Shown here piece after piece: positions 1 to 8,991 of a stretch of DNA of 64,000 bases. Source of the DNA: Ilumatobacteraceae bacterium. Its GTDB lineage: Bacteria; Actinomycetota; Acidimicrobiia; Acidimicrobiales; Ilumatobacteraceae. Where the stretch lies: positions 1,288-65,287 of the forward strand of contig CAVSZO010000067.1 of NCBI GenBank assembly GCA_963732335.1. Direction: 5' to 3'. A program made the translations under genes and the position numbers. Position 1 is the first letter of the stretch. Every line of letters starts with the position of its first letter. The notes below the pieces were generated by a model that was not told the DNA's origin, did not search any database, and saw only the letters and a program-made list of their open reading frames with translations.

Positions 1-464
1 GCTCGGCGCCTACGTCGAGGGCGTAGCTCCGGTCGACCGGTTCGAGCTGTGCCGCCGGCGTGGCGGTCGCTACGCGCTGGCGACCTCACTCGACGACTTT
101 GCCTACCTGCCTCCGGACTGGGGCTATCCGGGCGAGGTCGTGCGAGCGGCGATCGAGCGGTTCAACGAGTCGGCTCGTGCCGGCCGCCCCCTCGAGCCTG
201 GGTCGCCGGTTCGATCCGTTGCCACTCGACCGGCCGCCGTACTACGTCGTCGAGGCGGTCGCGGCCATCACGTTCACGTTCGGCGGTGTGCTCATCGACG
301 ACCGCGCACGAGTGCTCGACGAGCAGCGGCGGCCGATCCCAGGGTTGCTCGCGGCCGGCGCCGACACAGGCGGCTTGTTCGTGCGTGCCTACGCCGGCGG
401 TCTCGCCGCTGCTGCCGTGTTCGGCCTGCGTGCTGCGGCGACCGCACTCGGCCCCGACGGATGA
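1..464 (+). CDS. FAD-binding oxidoreductase C-terminus (fumarate reductase/KstD flavoprotein family), 5'-truncated, frameshift near 200
   Basis: C-terminal motifs PYY..ITFTFGGVLIDDRARVL..PIPGLLAAG..GG; the upstream part lies in another frame. Confidence 0.75.
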
Positions 465-483
465 CGGCTCACATCCCGAGTGC

Positions 484-1323
484 TCAGGCGCCCGGGCGAT
501 CGGTGAGCATGCCTGTCGTCATGATCGCGTCCACCCGACGCCGTAGCACGTCGGTCCACTCGGGGTGGGTGAGGATCCAGAACCGGTTGGCACGGATCGC
601 TGCGACGACGAGCGAGGCGACCGCCGCCGGGTCCTTCCCGGCGGTTGCGAGATAGCTCGCCGAGCTCGACGCGAAGGCGCGTCCTTCGGGCGTGTCCGAG
701 CGCTGCGTCAACGTTTCCGGGCGGTTGTGCCGGCTGGTCAACAGGGGCGTGTCGACCGGCCCCGGCACGAGCACGCTGGCGCCGACGGGCGACTGACGCG
801 CGTCGAGTTCGCGTCTGACGGCCTCCATCAACGTGATCACGCCCGACTTGGCCACCGAGTAGGGGGCGATGAACGGTGGCGCGACCAGGCCTGACGTTGA
901 CGAGGTCGACACCAGGTGCCCGGCGCCTTGCGCCTCGATGAGCGGCAGGAACACGCGTACGCCGTTGATCGCGCCCCACAGGTCCACGTCGATCACCCAG
1001 CGCCATTCGTCGTCGGTGAGGTCCTCGACCCGGCCTCCGATCACGACGCCAGCGTTGTTGCACACGATGTGCACAGCCCCGAACGAGTCGACCGTGGCCT
1101 CGGCCAAGGCGCGGATGTCATCGAGACGGGAGACGTCCGTGCGGATGCCGACGGCACGACCTCCAGCGCCGACGAGCTCGGCGGCGGTCGCCTCGGCCGC
1201 AGCAGCGTCGATGTCGGCCACGACGACGTTCATGCCCTCGGCGGCGAAACGGTCGACCATCGCCCGGCCGATGCCTGACGCGCCGCCGGTGACGACCGCG
1301 GTCTTGCCCGCGAGGTCTTTCAT
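484..1323 (-). CDS. SDR family oxidoreductase
   Basis: TGGASGIG, NNAG, YSVAK motifs. Confidence 0.92.
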   Translation of the reverse strand: MKDLAGKTAVVTGGASGIGRAMVDRFAAEGMNVVVADIDAAAAEATAAELVGAGGRAVGIRTDVSRLDDIRALAEATVDSFGAVHIVCNNAGVVIGGRVEDLTDDEWRWVIDVDLWGAINGVRVFLPLIEAQGAGHLVSTSSTSGLVAPPFIAPYSVAKSGVITLMEAVRRELDARQSPVGASVLVPGPVDTPLLTSRHNRPETLTQRSDTPEGRAFASSSASYLATAGKDPAAVASLVVAAIRANRFWILTHPEWTDVLRRRVDAIMTTGMLTDRPGA

Positions 1324-1341
1324 CGCACCGGATGCTACTCT

Positions 1342-1357
1342 AAATCTCATGATGAAT
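1342..1357. promoter_or_regulatory. Operator site 1 (AAATCTCATGATGAAT) over overlapping divergent promoters
   Basis: Matches the palindrome ATTCATCATGATGAAT found at five sites in 1.3-7.4 kb. Confidence 0.7.
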
Positions 1358-1828
1358 CGAGAGTTCCGCGTGGTCCTCGACCGGCAGGAGTTGGCGACGC
1401 TGATCTCGCGTTACGCCCATGCCGTCGATGCTCGTGACGTCGCCGGGACGGTCGCCTGCTTCACCGACGACGCGCACGTGGAGTTCGACGGCGGCGTCGA
1501 GGTCGTCGACGGGCGCGACGCGCTCGCTCGGTTCTTCGAGGGCGCGTTCACCAGCCCACGGATGGGACGCACTGGTGTCTCCACCCACCTGATGAGCAAC
1601 GTCATCGTGACGGTCACGGGCGACACGGCTCACGTCGAGACCCAGGCGGTCGCCTATCACGCCAGCGACGATCGCGACACCGTGATCGTGCGTGGGCTGC
1701 GCTACTCCGACGACTGCGTTCGAAGGAATGACGGCTGGCTGATCGGGCGACGCGTGCACCGCTCGATCTGGCAGTCCGAAGCACCGGGCCGACCGGTGTC
1801 CGCGGATCGCCAGGGGGTTGACCGGTAG
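1349..1828 (+). CDS. NTF2/SnoaL_4-like protein
   Basis: LISRYAHAVDARD..CFTDDA..HLMSN..YSDDCVRRNDGWLI; TACTCT -10 box 7 nt before the ATG (leaderless). Confidence 0.85.
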   Translation: MMNREFRVVLDRQELATLISRYAHAVDARDVAGTVACFTDDAHVEFDGGVEVVDGRDALARFFEGAFTSPRMGRTGVSTHLMSNVIVTVTGDTAHVETQAVAYHASDDRDTVIVRGLRYSDDCVRRNDGWLIGRRVHRSIWQSEAPGRPVSADRQGVDR

Positions 1829-1943
1829 CCTCGCCGCGTGGCGAAGGTGGCGCGGCGCAAAGACCGACGCAGGCCCGATACCAGGCGGAGGCCGGCGTCG
1901 GTCCGGGATCGCCGGGTCGTCGAGGGCACCCGCCGGTAGCGCC

Positions 1944-2672
1944 TTGACTCGCGCGCTCAAGACGTCAGAGACCGTCGCTCGTGACATCGTCCGAGACATC
2001 GTCAGCCGAGGTCTCACGACCGGCGACCGCCTGCCTGGGGAGGCCGCCATGCTCGAGGAGTATGGCGTGAGCCGGGAGTCGGTCCGCGAGGCCCTCCGAC
2101 TCCTCGAAGTCCAAGGCCTGATCACCATCCGGCGCGGCCCGGGCGGCGGTCCGAGCGTCGGTCACGTGGATCCCGCCAACCTCGGTCGCGTGTCGACGCT
2201 CTTCTACCACCTCGCCGGCGGCACTTACGCCGAGCTGTTCGAGGCGTGGATCCTGACCGAGCCGATCCTTGCCGAGCGGGCGGCACGCAACGAGAATCGC
2301 GACGCGGTGAAGAAGGCGATGGCGCCGTTCACCACCGACCTCCCGGCGAATGGTCTCGACAGCAGCAAGCTCGACTTCGTCGACTCACACGTCGAGTTCC
2401 ACGCGGTCGTGGCCAACCTCGCCGACAACCGCGTCCTCGCGTTGATGCTCGAAACGCCTGGTCAGATTGTCACCCACCACGTCGTCGTGAACGCCGACCC
2501 GCGCGACCTGAAGGACGAGATCGACCATGACCATGCGGAGATCGCCAGAGCGATCGCCGCCGGGCACGCCAACCGGGCGCGCACGCTGATGGACGACCAC
2601 ATTCGCGCCTTGGTCGACCACTACCGCGTGGAGATCGGCGATCAGATGAACGACTTCATCGAGTGGCGCTGA
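1944..2672 (+). CDS. GntR/FadR family transcriptional regulator
   Basis: wHTH GDRLPGE..YGVSRESVREALRLLE..GPGGG followed by an FCD domain; start approximate. Confidence 0.9.
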   Translation: MTRALKTSETVARDIVRDIVSRGLTTGDRLPGEAAMLEEYGVSRESVREALRLLEVQGLITIRRGPGGGPSVGHVDPANLGRVSTLFYHLAGGTYAELFEAWILTEPILAERAARNENRDAVKKAMAPFTTDLPANGLDSSKLDFVDSHVEFHAVVANLADNRVLALMLETPGQIVTHHVVVNADPRDLKDEIDHDHAEIARAIAAGHANRARTLMDDHIRALVDHYRVEIGDQMNDFIEWR

Positions 2673-3923
2673 CCGGGCCGGCTCCAGATCTGCGCGCAAT
2701 TCGTGCTCGCGGCAAGATGTCTCGATCCGAGCCACCGACCGGATCGAATCCAGGTGGTAGATGCGGGCGGCGTTGTCGTGGAGGATCTTGCGCTGCGTCG
2801 AGTCGGGCAGGTCCCCGAGGCTGTCCTGGATGAACTCGCGCGGTGAGACCGCGCTGGTAGCCGGGCCGGGCGACATGCTCGTCGGGTGCGGGAAGTCGGT
2901 CTCGTAGAGGAAGTTGTCGTCGCCGAGCCAGTCGATGGCGGCTCGGGCGGTCTCACGCTCGAACCAGAAGCACCCGTACATCTGCCGCTTGAAGTACTCG
3001 CTCGGCAACAGGTCGTACTCGGGATGCTCGAGGGCGACGCCGCAGTTCTTCCACTGCCAGTCGAGTGAATCGAGGGCGAACGGGATCCAACCGATGCCGC
3101 TCTCGACAGAAACGAAGTTGAGCTCCGGGAAGCGGTGACAGATCCCGCCACAGATCAGTGACGAGATCGTGCGGGCATTGCCCATGAAGAACGACACGCC
3201 CATCGACGCGTAGTTGGCGTGAGGTCCGGCGCCGACCAACCCTCCTCCCGACGTGAAGAGCGAGATGTCCCCGGAGGCGATGTGGAAGTTCACCGGTAGC
3301 CCCTTCTCCTGCGCCGACGCCCACATCGGGTCCCAGTGCCGGTCGGTGAGGGTAGGGAGCCCGAATGCCGAGGGATCCTGCGAGAACACGATGCCCCTGT
3401 GTCCCATGGCAGTGCAGCGGTCGATCTCGGCCAGGGTCGCGTCGAGGTTCCAGAACGGCAGCGAGGTCATCGGGAGAAGCCGGTCGGGCGCGGCGCCGCT
3501 CCAATCGGTCTGGTAGTCGTTGTACGCGCGCAGGAACTCGAGCGTCATCGCCTCGTCCACATCGACGAGAAGCGACGAGTTGAACAGGGCCACATTGGGG
3601 TAGAGGACCTGGGCGTGGATGCCGTACTCGTCCATCTTCTTCAGGCGCACCGCCGCGTCCCATGTCGCCGGATCGGTGTCACCCCAGCGCTTGGGATGGT
3701 CCGGCGGGAACTCGCCCCACCCGGCCATCGCCGCGCCACCGACCGATGAGACGCGTTGTCCGCCGATGAACCAGGCCTCGTCGCCGTTCTCCTCGTCCCA
3801 CTCGACGTGCGGGACAAGGTCACCCCACTTCGACGACATTCGCGACGTCCACAGATCAGGTGGCTCGACGAGGTGGGTGTCGGCGTCGATGACCGGGATG
3901 TTCTCGACCAGCTGTGTGCTCAC
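2385..3923 (-). CDS. Amidohydrolase_2 family protein; true 3' end probably near 2748 (stop lost)
   Basis: IDADTH..EPPDLW, FHI, VESG.GW, ETDFPH, NAARIY motifs; the ORF runs about 290 nt into the convergent FadR gene. Confidence 0.88.
   Translation of the reverse strand: MSTQLVENIPVIDADTHLVEPPDLWTSRMSSKWGDLVPHVEWDEENGDEAWFIGGQRVSSVGGAAMAGWGEFPPDHPKRWGDTDPATWDAAVRLKKMDEYGIHAQVLYPNVALFNSSLLVDVDEAMTLEFLRAYNDYQTDWSGAAPDRLLPMTSLPFWNLDATLAEIDRCTAMGHRGIVFSQDPSAFGLPTLTDRHWDPMWASAQEKGLPVNFHIASGDISLFTSGGGLVGAGPHANYASMGVSFFMGNARTISSLICGGICHRFPELNFVSVESGIGWIPFALDSLDWQWKNCGVALEHPEYDLLPSEYFKRQMYGCFWFERETARAAIDWLGDDNFLYETDFPHPTSMSPGPATSAVSPREFIQDSLGDLPDSTQRKILHDNAARIYHLDSIRSVARIETSCREHELRADLEPARSAPLDEVVHLIADLHAVVVDQGANVVVHQRARPVGVPGGDRSGDLRMVMVDLVLQVARVGVHDDVVGDNLTRRFEHQREDAVVGEVGHDRVELDV
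2722..2747. terminator. Hairpin between convergent genes
   Basis: TCGATCCG-N10-CGGATCGA inverted repeat. Confidence 0.35.
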
Positions 3924-3930
3924 GCCGGGC

Positions 3931-3959
3931 ATCTTATTCCTCATGATGAATAGTGTCAA
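3931..3959 (-). promoter_or_regulatory. SigA-type promoter TTGACA-N17-TAAGAT with operator site 2 in the spacer; leaderless GTG at 3923
   Basis: Read directly on the minus strand; ATTCCTCATGATGAAT at 3936-3951. Confidence 0.8.
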
Positions 3960-3974
3960 CCGTCACGTCGGGGC

Positions 3975-4757
3975 TCATGCAAGCGACTCGCCGCCGTCGA
4001 CGACGAGGTTCGCTCCGGTCACGAACCGTGCCGAAGGGCTGCAGAGGTACAGCGCCGCCCCCGCCATGTCCTCGGGTTCCCCTGCCCGGCCGAGCGGCAC
4101 CATTGCCACCATCTCCTCGAAGACCTCTGGATTGCCTTCCAACGCCAGCGGAGTCGCTGTGATCCCTGGTGACAGCGCGTTCACTCGGATGCCGAGCGGG
4201 GCCAGCTCGTAGGCGGCGGCGCGCACGAACTGGTTGAGCCCCGCCTTGGTCACCGCGTAGGCGAGCCGGCCAGGCCGCACACCGTGCGCCCGGATCGACG
4301 AGACAGCAAGAATTGTTCTGTTTGCGTCGGCAGGCGAGTCAGCCATCATCCGCGCCGCCTGCTGGCAGCAGAGCACTGTGCCGGTGAGGTTCAGAGCCAG
4401 CGTGCGGTCCCACTCCTCCTCGCTCAATTCGAGGAACGGCACGATCGTCCCGCTACCGGCATTGGCCACGAAGATGTTCAGCTGGGGCACCTCGGACCGG
4501 ATCGCCCGGAACATGTCGGAGATGGCCGACCGATCCCCCGTGTCGGCGACCACCGGGACCACGGACTGCGCTGCGCTGGCGCCGGACCGAAGCTGCTCAC
4601 ATGCATCGTTCAGCGTCTCCACGCCGCGGGCGATCAGCACGACGTTGGCGCCGGCATCGACAAAGCGAGCGGCGATGCCGAGGCCGATCCCCTTGCTGGC
4701 ACCCGTGATCGCCGCCCACTGCCTGGCGAGTGGTCGGTCCTGGATGTCGGTGCTCAT
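3975..4757 (-). CDS. SDR family oxidoreductase
   Basis: TGASKGIG, ANAG, YAVTK, VVDGG. Confidence 0.92.
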   Translation of the reverse strand: MSTDIQDRPLARQWAAITGASKGIGLGIAARFVDAGANVVLIARGVETLNDACEQLRSGASAAQSVVPVVADTGDRSAISDMFRAIRSEVPQLNIFVANAGSGTIVPFLELSEEEWDRTLALNLTGTVLCCQQAARMMADSPADANRTILAVSSIRAHGVRPGRLAYAVTKAGLNQFVRAAAYELAPLGIRVNALSPGITATPLALEGNPEVFEEMVAMVPLGRAGEPEDMAGAALYLCSPSARFVTGANLVVDGGESLA

Positions 4758-4774
4758 GACCGAACCGTAGCATA

Positions 4775-4790
4775 ATTCATCATGATGATC
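4775..4790. promoter_or_regulatory. Operator site 3 (ATTCATCATGATGATC) in a divergent intergenic region
   Basis: Contains the perfect palindrome TCATCATGATGA next to TTGACA (4793). Confidence 0.75.
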
Positions 4791-4819
4791 TCTTGACAAT
4801 CGGAGCTGAGTGGTATCTC

Positions 4820-5698
4820 ATGCTTCCGATGAGCGTGGGGATCTCGGTCTACGACATGACGGCATCCGACGTGCGCGAGCTGGCGGTGGCCGCTGACGCG
4901 GCGGGCTTCGACGCCGTGTGGCTCGGCGAACACGTCGTCCTGCCAGTCGACTATTCGTCCGAGCACCCGACCGCCGGCACCGGAGGGCACGAACACATCA
5001 CCGGCCCGATCGTCGACCCCGACACCGAGCTGCTCGATCCGTGGGTGGCACTGGGTGCCGTCGCCGGCGCGACAACGCGGTTGCGGTTGGCGACCGGCAT
5101 CTACATCCTCCCCCTCCGGCACCCGTTGATCACCGCCCGATCAGCCGCCACCCTGCAGAATGTGTCGGGCGGCAGGTTGCTGCTCGGCATCGGCGCCGGC
5201 TGGCTCGTCGAGGAGTTCGCCGCCCTCGACGTACCCTTCGACGAGCGCTACGGGCGACTCGTCGAGACGATCGAGATCATCCGAGCCGCGTGGGCGGGCG
5301 GTCCGTTCGACTACCACGGCAAGTACTTCTCGTTCGACCCCATCCAGCTCACCTCGCGTCCCGTCGAGGTGCCGCTGATCATGGGCGGCAACACGCCGCC
5401 GGCCCTCAAACGCGCCGCCCTACTCGGCGACGGCTGGTTCAGCTCCGGTACGCCAAACTTCGATGACGCCCGGCGTCTGCGCGACACCTTGCTGGAGTTG
5501 CGCACCAGCAACGGGCTCGACGCGCCCTATCGCTGCTACTTCCGGGTGGAGAGTGCCGACCCGACACTCGTCCAGCGCTATCACGCCGAGGGCATCGACG
5601 ACGTCGTCATCTGGGCCGACCAGCTGTGGCCCGCCGAGGGCGACGTCGACTCCAAGCGAGCGACGCTTGCGCAGACGGCCGGAGCCCTCGGCCTGTAA
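4820..5698 (+). CDS. LLM-class, probably F420-dependent, oxidoreductase (Rv2161c/TIGR03619-like)
   Basis: GFDAVWLGEHVVLP..DPWVAL..LRHPL..GAGWLVEEF. Confidence 0.88.
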   Translation: MLPMSVGISVYDMTASDVRELAVAADAAGFDAVWLGEHVVLPVDYSSEHPTAGTGGHEHITGPIVDPDTELLDPWVALGAVAGATTRLRLATGIYILPLRHPLITARSAATLQNVSGGRLLLGIGAGWLVEEFAALDVPFDERYGRLVETIEIIRAAWAGGPFDYHGKYFSFDPIQLTSRPVEVPLIMGGNTPPALKRAALLGDGWFSSGTPNFDDARRLRDTLLELRTSNGLDAPYRCYFRVESADPTLVQRYHAEGIDDVVIWADQLWPAEGDVDSKRATLAQTAGALGL

Positions 5699-5728
5699 CT
5701 CGAGTTCGAACCGCGGCCAGCAGCGCGG

Positions 5729-6796
5729 TCAGCCGGCGCGGTCGAGGATCGTCATCGCTCGGCGAGCCTGCGGGCCGACCTTCTCGCCGCGGGTCGCCAT
5801 CCGTTCGTCGGTGCTCTCGCCGCGGACGTACCGCGTGTAGAGCTGTTGGAGCACGACGGCGGTCTTCCAGCAGGCGAACGCCTCATACCAGTAGACGTCG
5901 CCGACGTCGAAGCCCGTGACCGCCGCGTAGCGCTCGACCACTTCGGCGCGAGTCGGGAGACCCAGCGACTCCATGCCTGGGTTGTAGATGGGCCGATCCT
6001 CGTCGGTGTCCGAAGGGTCGGGCCAGTAGTTGAGCAGCGTCCCGAGATCGACGAATGGGTCACCGAGGGTCGCCATGTCCCAGTCGAAGATCGACTTCAC
6101 CCGATCGGGGTCCGACGGGTCGAACTGGCAGTTGTCGAGCTTGTAGTCGTTGTGCAGGATCGCCGGAACAGGGCTGGTCGGCATCGCCGCCGCCAGTCGC
6201 TCGCCGACCACGGGCATGAGCGGCTCCGCATCCGGCGGCGCGGCGAGCTCCCATCGTTTGGTCCAGCCGGCGACCTGCCGGGCCACGAACCCATCGGGTC
6301 GTCCGAGATCCCCGAGACCGACCGAATCAGGGTCGACAAGGTGCAGTTCGGCGAGGGCGTCGACGACGGCACGGCCGACCCTGAGTCCTACGTCGGCGTG
6401 CGATGCCATCGACGGCGGGATCGTGCCCCAAATGACCTCGCCCGACCGGTACTCGATGACGAGGAAGTCGGAACCGATGACCGTCTGGTCGTCGCAGAAC
6501 AAGAACGCGCGCGGCGCCTTGTCGAACTGCTGCCAGAGCTTCGAGAGAGCGCGGTACTCGCGGCGCATGTCGTGGGCGCCGGGCGCGATCTGCCCGAACG
6601 GCGGCCGCCTCACGACGAGCGACTGTGCACCGATCTGGACGAAGTACGTCAGGTTCGCCGACCCGTTGGGAAACTGGAGCACCCGGAACTCGCCCTCGAG
6701 GTCGGGAATGTGGGTCAGCAGGTAGTTCTCGAGCGCAGACCAATCGAGCTGCTCGCCCGGTCGGACCGGCGCGACCTGAGATGGCACGGCCGACAT
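5729..6796 (-). CDS. APH-family phosphotransferase (ACAD10/11 N-terminal or LvaA-like)
   Basis: QFPNGSANLTY..RRPP..AHDMRRE..HNDYKLDN..DWDMATLGDP. Confidence 0.88.
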   Translation of the reverse strand: MSAVPSQVAPVRPGEQLDWSALENYLLTHIPDLEGEFRVLQFPNGSANLTYFVQIGAQSLVVRRPPFGQIAPGAHDMRREYRALSKLWQQFDKAPRAFLFCDDQTVIGSDFLVIEYRSGEVIWGTIPPSMASHADVGLRVGRAVVDALAELHLVDPDSVGLGDLGRPDGFVARQVAGWTKRWELAAPPDAEPLMPVVGERLAAAMPTSPVPAILHNDYKLDNCQFDPSDPDRVKSIFDWDMATLGDPFVDLGTLLNYWPDPSDTDEDRPIYNPGMESLGLPTRAEVVERYAAVTGFDVGDVYWYEAFACWKTAVVLQQLYTRYVRGESTDERMATRGEKVGPQARRAMTILDRAG

Positions 6797-7278
6797 CAGC
6801 GGGTGAGGACCGTGCAGGCGCTGATCCCTGGCGCGCCGTAGACGTGGGTGAAGGCGGTCTGCGGATCGTTCGGCACCTGTCGTGGACCAGCATCGCCCCG
6901 GAGCTGGAGCACGCTCTCGTACACCTGTCGCAATCCTGATGCGCCGATCGGTTCGCCGTTGGCCAGGCAGCCGCCGTCAGTGTTGATCGGCATCGATCCG
7001 TCGATCTCGGTCGCATTTGTCTGGATCAGCGCCTCCTGCTCGCCGTGCTTGCACAGCCCGGTCTCGGCCATGTGCATGATCTCCGCTCCGGACAAGGTGT
7101 CCTGGATCTGGGCGACATCGACGTCGTCGGGGGCGACGCCGGCGAGCTCGAAGACGGCGCGCGATGCGTCGACGGTGGGACTCTCGGCGCGCTCGATCGC
7201 CAGCCACGGGCTGCCGATCAGGCGCGGCTGATCGTCCGGCCACGTGAACAGCCCATCGGCGATCGGGATCGCACTCAT
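6796..7278 (-). pseudogene. Chimeric remnant: DUF35 Zn-ribbon/OB-fold N-terminus fused in frame to an SCP2-type thiolase C-terminus
   Basis: PIADGLFTWP..PRLIGS directly followed by the thiolase tail QDT..E..NTDGGCLANGEPIGASGLRQ..HVYGAPG; only 160 aa. Confidence 0.75.
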
Positions 7279-7319
7279 CGTGGTGCACGAAACACCACCC
7301 GTTGCCGTCTGTCAAGATA

Positions 7320-7384
7320 ATTCCTCATGATGATCTAGGGTTGCCAACAAGCAGTCCGAACTGTTCATAATCATCCTGAGATTT
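7320..7384. promoter_or_regulatory. Operator sites 4 (7320-7335) and 5 (7369-7384) in a divergent promoter region
   Basis: ATTCCTCATGATGATC and reverse-strand AAATCTCAGGATGATT; minus-strand TTGACA adjacent. Confidence 0.7.
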
Positions 7385-7508
7385 AGTGCTGGAGGCTGGA
7401 TTGGTCGCGGACGAACGACAACTCGCTCAGGCCGGGAGTACGCCCACGCTGAACGTCCGGCCGGAGGTCACCGTCGGTCACGTCACTCGGGATGTCCGGC
7501 GGCGGGCG

Positions 7509-8207
7509 ATGAAGACGTCCGAGCGTGTCTCCCTCGACATCGTCCGCGACATCGTCGCCCAAGGCCTTCGAACCGGCGATCGGTTGCCGCTCGAAGCGGC
7601 GATGGCCCAGCAGTATGGCGTCAGCCGAGCGTCGCTGCGTGAGGCGCTGCGGCTCCTCGAGGTGCAGGGCCTCATCCACTTGAAACCCGGTCCCGGCGGC
7701 GGGCCGGTGGTGGGCTCCGTCGAGCCTTCCAACCTCGCCCGCACCGCCTCGCTGTACTTTCACCTCGGCGGCGCGACGTACGGCCAGCTGATGCAGACAC
7801 AAGTGCTCTTGGAGCCCCTGTGCGCCCAGCTCGCGGCGCGACATCCGGACCGACGCGAGATCATGGCGCCATTCACTCGACGACATCGAGGTCGGCGAGG
7901 AACGGCGGTATCGGACGAAGACGGTCGACTTCCACCGCGCCGTCTGGGAGCTGGCCGCCAATCCCGTGCTGACGCTGCTCACCGAAGCCGTCACGCACCT
8001 CGTCACCCATCACGTCGTCTCCACGATGGACCCCGTCGAGCTCCGTCAGGACATCCTCGACGAACACGCCGTGCTGGCCCGCATCATCGCAGCCGGGCAA
8101 GGCGGACCAGGCGGGCAGGTTGATGAGCTGAGCACTTCCAGGCCCAACACGACTACTACGCCGAGCACTGGCCGACCCGGCTGGGCGACCTCATCGAATG
8201 GCGGTAA
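7509..8207 (+). CDS. GntR/FadR regulator, paralog of 1944..2672, frameshifted near 7880 and 8100-8130
   Basis: KTSERV..IVRDIV..GDRLP..GVSRASLREALRLLEVQGL; ends LIEWR like the paralog's FIEWR. Confidence 0.85.
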
Positions 8208-8215
8208 GCGGACAG

Positions 8216-8991
8216 ATGAACGACGTCGACGATCGGTTCTCCCTTCGAGGAAAGGTGGCGCTGGTCACCGGGGGAAGCAGAGGGCTCGGCCGGGAGATGG
8301 TCCTCGCCTTCGCCAAGGCAGGCGCCGACGTGGCGATCACCAGCCGCAAGCAGGAGGCGTGTGACGAGCTCGCCGCCGAGGTGGCCAGCACCACCGGGCA
8401 GCGCGCCTTTCCGGTTGCCAGCCACGTCGGTCGCTGGACGGACCTGGAGAGCCTGGTCGAAGCGACGTATCGGCGAGCTCGGGAAGGTCGACGTGCTCGT
8501 CAACAACGCCGGGATGTCACCCCTGTATCCGAGCCTGCCCGAGGTCACCGAGGACCTCTTCGACAAGGTGATCGGGGTCAACCTCAAGGGCCCGTTCCGG
8601 CTGATGACGTTGATCGCGCCACGTATGGCAAACGGTGACGGAGGCTCGATCATCAACGTCAGCAGCGTGGCCGCCATCCGTCCCACCGCCGGCGAGCTGC
8701 CGTACGCCGCAGCGAAGTCGGGGCTCGACGTCCTCACGGTCGGGTTCGCCCAGGCGTACGGACCGAAGGTCCGGGTCAACACGATCATGGCCGGGCCGTT
8801 CTTCACGGACATCTCCAAGGCGTGGGATCTCGACGCGTTCCGGCGGCACGCGGCGAGCTACCCGCTGGGCCGCGGGGGGCAGCCGCACGAGATCGTCGGC
8901 GCCGCGCTCTACCTCGCCAGCGATGCGTCGAGCTTCACGACCGGCACGGTGCTGCGCGTCGACGGCGGCCAGGCGGTCGCGTACGCGATGA
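8216..8991 (+). CDS. SDR family oxidoreductase (frameshift near 8470; stop lost near 8988)
   Basis: TGGSRGLG, NNAGMSPLY, YAAAK, VDGG. Confidence 0.85.

Noticed and set aside
5729-6796. Aminoglycoside resistance kinase, and likewise a beta-lactamase at 24866
   Set aside because: Motifs and context fit the ACAD10/11-like metabolic kinase; the serine hydrolase lacks the SxxK lysine.
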